The notes beneath the pieces are model-generated. The model saw nothing but the letters and a program-made list of their open reading frames with translations, was not told the origin of the DNA and ran no database searches. A stretch of DNA of 29,319 nt from Candidatus Hodarchaeota archaeon (lineage in GTDB: Archaea; Asgardarchaeota; Heimdallarchaeia; Hodarchaeales; Hodarchaeaceae): positions 1 to 29,319 of the forward strand of contig JAHQWW010000035.1 in assembly GCA_029856365.1 (NCBI GenBank). The letters are read 5' to 3'. Of this stretch, positions 17,712-27,100 are shown in pieces. Both the position numbers and the translations under genes were made by a program. Position 1 is the first letter of the stretch; each line of letters opens with the position of its first letter.

Positions 17712-18005
17712 TTGAAACAATTAATTAAAATCCTACGAATAGATCAAAAAATAAGAATCATAACTTATTTTAGTTTGATAGGTTTTTCTTCTCTTATATT
17801 TGGAGTTTTGTTTGATTTTTTTAAAGGTGGATTTATTTGTTCTTTATTATGTTGGATAATTACTGGAGTCATAGAATCATCTTACAGTCATGAAGAGCTA
17901 GGAAATCCAGTATTGTATTTTTCCCCACTCAATTTCCTTATCATTGGATTAACAGGAGTCGGAATTCTTAGTATTATGATTGTTTTACTCTTCTTATTAG
18001 CTTAG
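17712..18005 (+). CDS. Small hypothetical 3-TM membrane protein
   Basis: Three hydrophobic segments, TTG start preceded by GGTGA. Confidence 0.5.
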   Translation: MKQLIKILRIDQKIRIITYFSLIGFSSLIFGVLFDFFKGGFICSLLCWIITGVIESSYSHEELGNPVLYFSPLNFLIIGLTGVGILSIMIVLLFLLA

Positions 18006-18166
18006 CAATCGAAATTTCCACAAAGATAATATTTAATATTAGGAAAACCATCATTATAATGATTCGATCTAAGTCGGAAGACTTTGGGAGGTCATAAATA
18101 ACTGAATTTGGTCTTTAAACTGTAGATGCCAGATTTTGTAAAACATTAATCTATTCTTGTTAAGAT

Positions 18167-18408
18167 ATGATTTTTCGGATATTTTATTCAGGGTTTTTTA
18201 AGAATGAAAATCTGGAATTATTACTTGTCAGAGTTAATAGAAAATGTGTTAAATCATGGCAATGGAAAAAGAAGCCGTAGAGTCGCGTGGAAAAAGAAAA
18301 CAAGTCCGTAAAATACTAGAATTTCTAAAATATGATGGTCAGTTAATATTTGAACCCCAATGGTATTCTAGGACTAATAAAGAGGAAAGTAACCGATCTA
18401 ATGATTAA
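18167..18408 (+). pseudogene. Possible degraded HATPase_c (RsbW/anti-sigma-like) remnant
   Basis: A one-base frame change at ~18225 joins KNENLELLL to SELIENVLNHGNG, resembling the N-box ExxxNAxxHG. A third frame gives QVRKILEFLKYDGQLIFEP. Confidence 0.3.
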
Positions 18409-18543
18409 ACCATAGAAGTATTTCTCTACCAATACATTTAGATAATAGCTACACTTTTTTCTCCATAAAGATAAAAAATGGTTTCATCTCTTAGGGTACT
18501 TCCGATTCAGATTACTCCTCCCTTTCACAAAAGCCAAATGAAC

Positions 18544-18557
18544 TATATATATATATA
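18544..18557. repeat. (TA)7 microsatellite
   Basis: tatatatatatata directly visible in an intergenic region. Confidence 0.8.
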
Positions 18558-18790
18558 ATACAGTCTCCACAAATGGCCTTTTACTAAGAAGAATAAAAGT
18601 AAACCCGAATCCTTTTCCTTTTTTCATCAATCTCTCGAAGAATCGTGATGCAAGTCGAATAAAATAGTTAGAGTTATACAAAGAAAATTTAGAAAAACAG
18701 TAGTAGTATAAAAATCGCCTATTTCTTTTCTCGTATGACAAATGCTTTGAATTATCCGGATATTACCCCTATTGTCAATAAGAGGTAAGG

Positions 18791-19828
18791 ATGATGAACA
18801 GGGTTCTCATAAATACTCTTTTTTTAATGTTCCTTTTTTCACTGCCATTGATTGCAGTTGGATATACTGTAAGTAGGCAAATCCAGATAACACCAAACAA
18901 TGAGTTTTTCACGAATTCAATCAGTATAGCCCCCGAAATCAATGTTACTACATGGACACTCAGTGTTTTCGGTACCGTTCGATCCCCTTTAATATTTGAT
19001 TATGAAAACTTTACTAACCAAAAGTCTAAAATGGAAATAGCAACCATCAGGTGTGTGGAGGGTTATTCAGGTACAGCAGAATGGCGTGGAACACGAGTAC
19101 GTGACATTTTAACCCTGGCTCAAGTTAAAGATGGTGCAATTGATGTTATTTTCCGCGCATGGGATGGTTATTCTTCATCGTTAACTATAGATGAAGCTAA
19201 CAAAAGTGATATCCTTTTAGCTTTTGAGATGAATGGTGAGGCCTTACCTGTCAATCAGGGCTTTCCTGTGAGAGTAGTTGCTCCAGGACAGGCTGGATAC
19301 AAATGGGTCATGTGGGTTTATGAGATAGAAGTCGTTGATTATGATTACAAAGGTTTCTGGGAAACACGTGGATGGAGCGATGATGCTAGCTACACCTCAC
19401 TTAAAGATTGGATTCTTCACGCGTCTCTATTTTCAATAACATTTCTATTGGGGGGATTTTCAATTGTATCAGGCCTGAGAAGAGTGGGAAAGATGGATAG
19501 TTTAGATTTACCTGATTTTTTTGAAAGTAGGAAGTTTCATATTTCTCTGACTACTGCTTATCTGATAGCTGCGATCGTGACCTTTACATACTGGACAATT
19601 CAAACATTCTTATTAAAAGGAAGTGTATTTTATTCACTCCATGGGGTAATAGCTCTATTAAGTATGATAGGACTTATCGGTACGGGGATAACAGGGTTAC
19701 TCGAAGTGAAAGGGATAACAAAACAGAAGACATGGCACTTTAACTTAAGTGTGTTTTCTTTCATGTTTTATATTATTACAATTGTGATTGGAATAACCCT
19801 CGGGTTTGGTTTCCGTTTTTTTGTCTAA
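18791..19828 (+). CDS. Sulfite-oxidase-family molybdopterin oxidoreductase domain fused to a 4-TM, 4-His cytochrome b561-like domain
   Basis: TPNNEFF, WTLSVFG, TIRCVEG (Mo-ligand Cys88), WRG, DGYSSS, LLAFEMNGEALP..QGFPVRVVAPG..GYKWVMWV..I, GFWETRGW. His210/250/284/316 lie at the start of four TM helices. Confidence 0.88.
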   Translation: MMNRVLINTLFLMFLFSLPLIAVGYTVSRQIQITPNNEFFTNSISIAPEINVTTWTLSVFGTVRSPLIFDYENFTNQKSKMEIATIRCVEGYSGTAEWRGTRVRDILTLAQVKDGAIDVIFRAWDGYSSSLTIDEANKSDILLAFEMNGEALPVNQGFPVRVVAPGQAGYKWVMWVYEIEVVDYDYKGFWETRGWSDDASYTSLKDWILHASLFSITFLLGGFSIVSGLRRVGKMDSLDLPDFFESRKFHISLTTAYLIAAIVTFTYWTIQTFLLKGSVFYSLHGVIALLSMIGLIGTGITGLLEVKGITKQKTWHFNLSVFSFMFYIITIVIGITLGFGFRFFV

Positions 19829-19983
19829 GTATGTAGTTATAGTTTTTAAGATAATCGACGAATATATTTTAGCCTATGCTTCAACGAAGCGCAGATATTA
19901 TTAGAATGAATTACAGTCTATTTGAAAAGCCAAAAACTGTGAAAGGTTCATTATAGATCAATAATAACCATTTCAAAGGATTG

Positions 19984-20008
19984 TTCACAATAGTGAAGAA
20001 TTTATAAA
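19984..20008 (+). promoter_or_regulatory. Inverted repeat TTCAC-N4-GTGAA directly upstream of TATA box TTTATAAA
   Basis: IR at 19984-19997, TATA at 20001-20008, ATG at 20030 (spacing compatible with a leaderless archaeal transcript). Confidence 0.4.
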
Positions 20009-20029
20009 CTGATATTTTACGTTTTTCTA

Positions 20030-20653
20030 ATGATAATATTGAAAGAGATACATAATTTAGCGAGACTATTCCTAATTTTTACTCCTTTTAGTCTCATGAT
20101 TATCTTTCTTTTAGCATTTTTCTTGACTTATAAAAGGCTTGGGAAGATTCCACCTCATAAACATGATTTTAAGACTTTTTCATTAGGCAGCCTTTCAATT
20201 ATATGGGTATTAGTTGCTAGTTTGATTGCACTCTATCCTACATTAAGTAGCTATATCATAATAGTTGAATTTATGCTTAATCCATCAATTGTTTTTCTTG
20301 GAATTCTATTTTCAGTAATAGCAATTTTTTTAATGTTTTTAGGTTTCTTGTCTATGGGAGAATCATTTAGGATGGGAATTCCAGATATGTTAGAAGTTCA
20401 AAGTGCAAAGCTTGTTACATCTGGAGTTTTTCGATATATACGTAACCCTGGGTTCTTAGGTTTAGATTCTGCCGTCTGTGGTACGTTTTTATTGGCTCCT
20501 AGTATTGTTACTCTAATCTTAATGTTTTTGACCTGGATAATCTTTCATCTTCAAATCATAGATGAGGAACAATATCTTTTAAAAGTCCATGGAGAGAAAT
20601 ATATTCATTACAAGAAATCAACAGGAAGATATTTCCCAAAAATAAGGGGTTAA
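20030..20653 (+). CDS. Isoprenylcysteine carboxylmethyltransferase (ICMT/PEMT) family membrane methyltransferase
   Basis: LVTSGVFRYIRNPGFLG, EEQYL...GEKYIHYKKSTGRYFP. Confidence 0.88.
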   Translation: MIILKEIHNLARLFLIFTPFSLMIIFLLAFFLTYKRLGKIPPHKHDFKTFSLGSLSIIWVLVASLIALYPTLSSYIIIVEFMLNPSIVFLGILFSVIAIFLMFLGFLSMGESFRMGIPDMLEVQSAKLVTSGVFRYIRNPGFLGLDSAVCGTFLLAPSIVTLILMFLTWIIFHLQIIDEEQYLLKVHGEKYIHYKKSTGRYFPKIRG

Positions 20654-20760
20654 GAAGCATTAATACAGCTAATAAAATATTAATTCTGAAGAATAGCATT
20701 AGACAAAGAATTAAGTTTTAAATTACAAAAAGAATATTAAAAAAAGATATTAAGAAGTCT

Positions 20761-21807
20761 TTAGTCAGGATTCTTCTTCTTTTTAGCCATACATGTAACG
20801 ATGTTTGGTGCCTCAGTGCAACGATTACAAGATATGCAATCTGCTTGCTTTTTTCCTTCTTTGAACTTCTTAACTAAGTTGGGTTCCCTAATAAAAGGCC
20901 GACACATGGAAATAAAGTCCACAAACTCTTTGTGTAATCTTTCCATTATTGTAAAGGTACGAAGCCCCCCTACAAGAATAATAGGCAGATCCTCTGTTTG
21001 ATCCTTAATCTTTCTGGCGTTTGTGGCAAAATAAGCCTCATTTGTTTTTTTCATTGACCTTGCAGGATCCATACCACTAATTTCTACTGCATCTAAACCT
21101 TCATTTGCTAACATTTTCACGACTTTCGTGGATTCCTCAACTGAAAAACCTTCATATGGGTCATCAGATCCATTTATCTTAGCAATGATTGGAAAATTAG
21201 ATCCTACTATAGATCTGACTTCGTCATATACGGATAAAACTAGTTGAGCACGATTTTCCAAATATCCACCCCAGGAATCTGTTCTTAGATTTGTTCTTTT
21301 TGATAAAAATTGGCTAATTAAGTATCCATGGGCTGCATGGATCTGTATAACGTCATATTTTGCGTTTTTGGCACGGATAGCAGCATTTCTAAATCCAATA
21401 ATTACATTTTCAATATCTTCTTTCCCCATTTGCTTAACACGCATGTCAGTACGAAGGGAGGGAGCTTTAGTACTAATTGAATAAGCACCACCATGGCTTA
21501 ATTGAGCAGCTATTTTACTATTTGTACCACTAGCGTGAATGATTTGAGTGATTTTTTTGTGGCCATCTAAATGATAATCATGAGATATTCCTGCCATTTT
21601 ATCACTTATTTTCCCTTCATCTAATACGTATAGATCCCCTCCAATTATTAAACCTACTTCTCCCTTTGCTAAGTTTGAGTACAATGGTTTGAATAATTCT
21701 GTTATTGTCCCATCTTTCTTAGCAGCGCACTCTCCTGTGGCAGAGCGAACAAAATGATTTGGTAGTTCCAAATTTCCTATGAATCCTGGGTCAAAGAGTG
21801 TCATCAA
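20761..21807 (-). CDS. NADH:flavin oxidoreductase (Old Yellow Enzyme family) with C-terminal Cys motif
   Basis: LELPNHFVRSAT, LAKGEVGLII, IQIHAAHGYLISQFLS..TN.RTDSWGG.LENR, LVGGLR, SMCRPFIREP, CISCNRC...C. Confidence 0.93.
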   Translation of the reverse strand: MMTLFDPGFIGNLELPNHFVRSATGECAAKKDGTITELFKPLYSNLAKGEVGLIIGGDLYVLDEGKISDKMAGISHDYHLDGHKKITQIIHASGTNSKIAAQLSHGGAYSISTKAPSLRTDMRVKQMGKEDIENVIIGFRNAAIRAKNAKYDVIQIHAAHGYLISQFLSKRTNLRTDSWGGYLENRAQLVLSVYDEVRSIVGSNFPIIAKINGSDDPYEGFSVEESTKVVKMLANEGLDAVEISGMDPARSMKKTNEAYFATNARKIKDQTEDLPIILVGGLRTFTIMERLHKEFVDFISMCRPFIREPNLVKKFKEGKKQADCISCNRCTEAPNIVTCMAKKKKNPD

Positions 21808-21919
21808 AATTTCAACATTGCCTTTATTTTCTGAATAAACATTATTTGTGAACTAAGAGAGGAGATAAAAACTTTTTCTACGAATATTATCCTAGCTCAA
21901 TTTTGAATAAAACTCCTAG

Positions 21920-22762
21920 TTAATATTCTTGACACCTCGGACACAAATAGACCTGTCCTCCACCGAAGCTCATTTTCTCAATTCCTGATCCACATTCAGA
22001 ACAATTTTTTCCTTTCATATTTGGCCCCATGGCTGGATTATATTTTCCTTTTTGAGCATATAAATCGATGAATAGGTTTTTTCCTCCAAGTTCCATTCTT
22101 TCATGAATTAAGGTATTAATAGCTTTAAATAGTGATTTTATCTCGTCCATATTTAGCTCTGATCCTTTCTTTTTCGGAAATAGTTTCGCTCGATAGATAA
22201 TATCTTGGAAAGCACTGTTTGATATCCCTACAAGGATAGCATCCTTTCCTACAAGAATTCCCTTTAGATTCCTATTGAGTACTCGTATCTCCTTAGAGAA
22301 GCGTTCAAATGTGAATTCATCTTCAATTGGTGATATAGCTCGTAAAAAATCTCTTTTATACATGTAAGAGTCATATAATTCTCCATTCTTAAGCGCAAGA
22401 ATACAACCCATGCTTTTTATTCGCACAGTCAATGATGTATTATCACTGAATTGAATTTTCAGATGATAATTCTTTGTTATTCCTTTATCATCTTTATGGT
22501 ACAGAATCTCTCCTCCATATTCAGGAGCAATGAGTAGATTCATGTTATTTTCTAATTCAACACGAATTACATTTCCCCTCGCTACCACTGATGTGATTTT
22601 TCCATTCAATAGTTGATCAAAGTCTTTAATATTCTTATTCAGAAAACCGACCTTCTGCATTCGTTCATAATTTTGTATGTGGTAGGATTCGAATTGTTTT
22701 CCAATTAAAACCTCTTTCATTTGGTTAGCAAGAATTAATGCCTCTGGTAGTTCAATACTCAT
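21920..22762 (-). CDS. Fpg/Nei DNA glycosylase-family protein, non-canonical active site
   Basis: N-terminal ELPE, H2TH-like LVGISNSAFQDIIYRAKLFP, C-terminal zinc finger CSECG...YLCPRCQ. Confidence 0.85.
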   Translation of the reverse strand: MSIELPEALILANQMKEVLIGKQFESYHIQNYERMQKVGFLNKNIKDFDQLLNGKITSVVARGNVIRVELENNMNLLIAPEYGGEILYHKDDKGITKNYHLKIQFSDNTSLTVRIKSMGCILALKNGELYDSYMYKRDFLRAISPIEDEFTFERFSKEIRVLNRNLKGILVGKDAILVGISNSAFQDIIYRAKLFPKKKGSELNMDEIKSLFKAINTLIHERMELGGKNLFIDLYAQKGKYNPAMGPNMKGKNCSECGSGIEKMSFGGGQVYLCPRCQEY

Positions 22763-23041
22763 AATTAAGTAACTCCTTTGTTAATTGAAGAAATTCATTT
22801 TCTGATAATACGGATGTAAAGAAACAAACGATAATTGGCTTGAAAATATTTCTTTCAGAATTATAATTTAATTGTAATGCCTATAGCCTTTCTATAACAG
22901 ATTTTATAAAATCGGATCCTTTTAAGGTTTCCTCTGCTGTTTAGAGAGTATTTTCTCGGAAATAACCGATAATTATCTAAATCAAGTATGAATAGTGCCC
23001 TGTTATAATGTAATATGATATTTTTTGGATGTTTTTAGGAG

Positions 23042-23698
23042 ATGGACATACATATCACAGCTGATTTGAAAAAGTTATATCCTGAATCGATATTTGGGAG
23101 TCTAATCATAAGAAATATTCCAAATCAGAAGATTCATGAAGCATTGGAAGAGCGTAAACGAGACCTAGAAAGACGGATAAGAGAAGTTCATGGAGAAGTG
23201 GATATAGACAACATAATACAGAAGTACAATACTTATTTCAGGATGTGGAAAAAAACTTATCCCATAGAGTACCAGATTAACACGATAAGAAGTGGGGGAA
23301 AGTTTCCTCAAGTTTCTGTTCTAGTAGATAGCATGTTTATTGCAGAGCTTAACAGTATGATTTTGACTTCAGGACATGATCTAGAAGAAATCCGTGGTGA
23401 TCTATCATTCGACATCTCAAGAGAAGGAGAACGTTACCTAAAGTTAAATGGTCAGGTACAAAAATTGAAGAAGAATGATGTTGTTCTTAGAGATAACGAG
23501 GGACTACTTGCATGCATCCTGTATGGACCAACAATGAGGACATCTATAACGCTAAAAACAAAGGATGCTCTGTATTTTGCTTGGTGTCCCTATGTGATGG
23601 ATGAAAGACTTATCATGGCTCACTTGAAAGAGATCCTCGAAAATTTAAGCCACATATTTGGATCTGTAACCTCTGAAAGTCAATTGATTCGATCCTAA
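23042..23698 (+). CDS. Stand-alone B3/B4 (PheRS-beta editing-like) domain protein
   Basis: FPQVSVLVD...AEL...ILTSGHDLEEI.G......GGE-like REGERY, DVVLRDNEG......GP..RTSI. Confidence 0.8.
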   Translation: MDIHITADLKKLYPESIFGSLIIRNIPNQKIHEALEERKRDLERRIREVHGEVDIDNIIQKYNTYFRMWKKTYPIEYQINTIRSGGKFPQVSVLVDSMFIAELNSMILTSGHDLEEIRGDLSFDISREGERYLKLNGQVQKLKKNDVVLRDNEGLLACILYGPTMRTSITLKTKDALYFAWCPYVMDERLIMAHLKEILENLSHIFGSVTSESQLIRS

Positions 23699-23765
23699 GA
23701 CGAAAATATACTTTTCTGAATTATTAAAAATATTCACTTGGAGTAAGCTTCATGGTGTTTGACGA

Positions 23766-24017
23766 TTGTCAATAGATTTTCCTCTTCATTCGCTAATTAA
23801 TATCCATCCAAGTGGGCTTATAGTTTATAAAAAGTATTTTATTCAAGAAACTGTGAATGAGAATCTCTTCTCAGAATTTATTGCCGCTATTCTTGCTTTT
23901 TCAAAAGAGTTAGGACCCAAATTATCTGCTATTGAATTGCAGGATATATTATTCTATTTTAATAGATTTAATTTCTTGATTTTCGTTTTAGATATAGAAG
24001 TCGCTAATATCTATTAA
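23766..24017 (+). CDS. Stand-alone longin-like domain protein, probably C-terminally frameshifted/truncated
   Basis: beta-beta-alpha-beta-beta-beta pattern LINIHPSGLIVYKK / NENLFSEFIAAILAFSKEL / LSAIEL / LFYF / LIFVL. The closing helices are missing but may continue in another frame from 24017 (IENCGYSLTIVESMRIGFLDSL). Confidence 0.6.
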   Translation: MSIDFPLHSLINIHPSGLIVYKKYFIQETVNENLFSEFIAAILAFSKELGPKLSAIELQDILFYFNRFNFLIFVLDIEVANIY

Positions 24018-24146
24018 TTGAGAATTGTGGTTATTCTCTAACTATTGTAGAATCAATGCGAATTGGCTTTCTAGATAGTCTTTTATGTATAGTATCAGTT
24101 TTTTTACTAAAATAATACACTCAACTAATCGTTATAACTGATTTCG

Positions 24147-27100
24147 ATGAGAATTTTCCAACATATAAGACTCTATGTTTTGTTGGTAATCTATGTTACT
24201 AGTTTAACAGCAATCACCGTCTCAATTACAGAGATCAATACAAAGGAAACTGAAGGACAATTTTATGCAGTACCAAGACTAATGACGAATTCTAATGTCT
24301 CCCAGATTGATTTTAATGAAAAAACCGCATCCTACAGTAATCCATCTTCAGTATCGTCGAAGATAGACATTCAACAGGATGAAAAATCAATCAATTCAAA
24401 TGCTTTTATCCCAAGAGCTGCAATTCAATCAGGGTCTACTGAAGATGCAGTGGATCAACTTTCGAATGTTGATAACTCTGTAGATAAAGGTAATCATTCC
24501 GACTTTGTAAGCCAACAGTTTGGCCCAGATTCCATGTATGATATATTAACCGAGGCTAAAACTAGCCAAATCAATCAAATAGATCTTTTTGTAAACTCTT
24601 GGAATAATTTGCAAGAAAATTGGGAAAGAAACGGCATTTCACCATATCTAGATTTTCAAGATGAGCCAAACAATTATGTTTATGGTGTAAAGGATGGGAA
24701 GGGTTCTTCTGATGGAGACATAATTGGCGAGTTTGATTTTGCAGATACAAGTCAACTTGGAACAATTATATCTGTTAAATTACGGATTTATGGGCATGCA
24801 CATCCAACTAAACCCAGGGATTCTTATTTTTCAGTTTATTTATGGGATGGTAGTAAGTGGTCTGAACAAATGGATTTCAGAAATCAAGCTAGCTGGATAT
24901 GGCAAGAGGTTGACATTACCTCAGAGATTAACACATGGTCTACAATTAATAAAGCTAAGATTTTTCTTAGAACAGAAGATCCACGGGGTGATAAAAGGGG
25001 GGAGCAAGCATGTGATGCTGCTTTAATCCGTGTTGAGTACGAAACATTATCTTCTGAACTTGATTTAGAAGTTCAATGGATATCTGCTGATTACACTAAA
25101 GCAAATGAGGAACTAGCTATTTTTGCAGGAGACCTAGGAGAAGAAAGTCTTCAAGTCGATGTATGGACTGGATCATGGCACACAATAATTTCAAACTTAA
25201 CCGCAAATACTTGGAATAACATAAGTATATCAAGTTATCTTTTATCTCCGACATTCACTATTCGGTTCAAAGGGACGAAAGAAAGTAGTGATTGGATTAT
25301 AGATCAATGGTACATAGATATAACACTATTACACACTTGGGATATTAATCATGCACCCATTGCTACAAATTTAACACTTTCTCCTGATCCTCTCTCAAGT
25401 AGCGATACCCTATCATTGAGTTATGATTTCTTCGATGAGGATGGGGATAATGAAGATGGTACACAGATCCGTTGGTATAAGAACTCTGTACTACAAGCTG
25501 CACATAATGATTACAACCAAATTCCCTCATTTGAACTCGAAAAAAATGACACTTGGTTTGCCTCTGTACGGCCAAAAGATGGCCAAATCTTTGGGGATCT
25601 GTATGTTTCTGAAAACATTACTGTAAAGAACACTCCTCCTACAGCAAATAATGTTTTTGTGTCTCCTAGTGAACCGAAAACAAGTTTTGATTTGCAAACA
25701 ACCTATGATTGGGATGATGTTGATTCAACTGACTCAGAGATAGGAACCAAGATCTCTTGGTATCTTAACAGATCAGGATCTTTTACGTTACAAGGTGATT
25801 TTAATGATTCCATAGAGGTTCCTGCAAGTGCAACAATGAAAGGAGATATGTGGTACTATATAGTAATCCCAAGTGACGGCGAGGATTATGGCAACTCCAG
25901 TTCTTCAATCGTTACAACCGTTAGAAACACTCCACCAACCTTATTAAACTTAACAATTAATGATTATAATGAATCAGCCAGGATTGAGAACGATATCGAC
26001 CTTCATGCCAATTACACCTATTATGACATTGATAATCAAGAAAATTCCCTGATAGATAACCCAGACTTAGATTCTCGCGAGATTCGTTGGTATCAGACTG
26101 GATTATTAAAGCCTGATCTTAATGATACCTTTATCGTCCAATCAGGAAATACCTCGATAACGGATTGGTGGCAATTTAAAATCAGAATCAGAGATGATGA
26201 CAATTATAGTGACTGGTTTTGGTCCCCCTCTATATGGATTGGTGAGGATCCAAATATTCTGCCCAAAGCAGAAAATCTCACCCTAAACTTGAGTAATCCT
26301 GTACATGGTGGATTTCTATACATTGAGTATGATTATTATGATGAGGATGGTCATAATGAATCTTTGTCAATGTATCAGTGGTACAAAAACGATGTTCATC
26401 AGTCCCAATTTGATGGGATACGTAATTTAACCTCTGCTCTGCTAATTAAAGGGGATTCTTGGTATGCCAAAGTGAGGCCACGAGATGAATACGATTATGG
26501 AGAATGGAATGTCAGTTTACCAATAATAATTGGGAATTCTGCACCAGTAGTAACCTCAGCTGAGATTTTCCCCACAGTAAATGTTTATACCTCGAACATC
26601 CTAGTCGCTAATTTCATGGGTATTGATGTGGATGTTATAGATCAGATCGTTGGTTATGATATTATCTGGTATAACAATAGTGTCCCAGTATCATCATTGA
26701 CAAATAAAACAGAAGTCACAGCCAATTATACAAGTAAAGGTCAATACTGGATCTATGAAGTCAAGGTTTTTGATGGCCTAGATTGGTCTAGTCCAGTGTC
26801 ACCAATAGTTGGGATCTATATTCAAAATTCCAAACCATATGTGGAAAACATTACGTTATTCGGGGGCCAAAACACCAGTGATGATATAACGGTATATTAT
26901 GATTTTATTGACATAGATGGAGATACAGAGTCAGCACAAACAGAAATTAGATGGATGATATTTCATATGGGGAGTCTTGTTCCTGATCCACCAAAGTCTT
27001 ATACATTACCAAGTTCTTGGATTACTGCAGGTGATTATGTTTTTTGCTGGATTCAACCATCTGATGGAGAAGCTTTCGGTTCTTTAACTGATTCCACTTC

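Noticed and set aside
18484-18741. 85-aa minus-strand ORF
   Set aside because: TTG start, low-complexity AT-driven composition, spans a TA microsatellite, no motif.
19851-19925. IIDEYILAY../NEAQILL../NELQSI resembling a DUF1801-type N-terminus
   Set aside because: Needs two frame changes within 25 codons; too weak without a search.
930-24114. Frameshifts as systematic long-read indel errors
   Set aside because: Long genes, including the 5.2-kb CDS, are uninterrupted, and lesions cluster in already truncated remnants. Real decay is more likely, though read inspection is needed.
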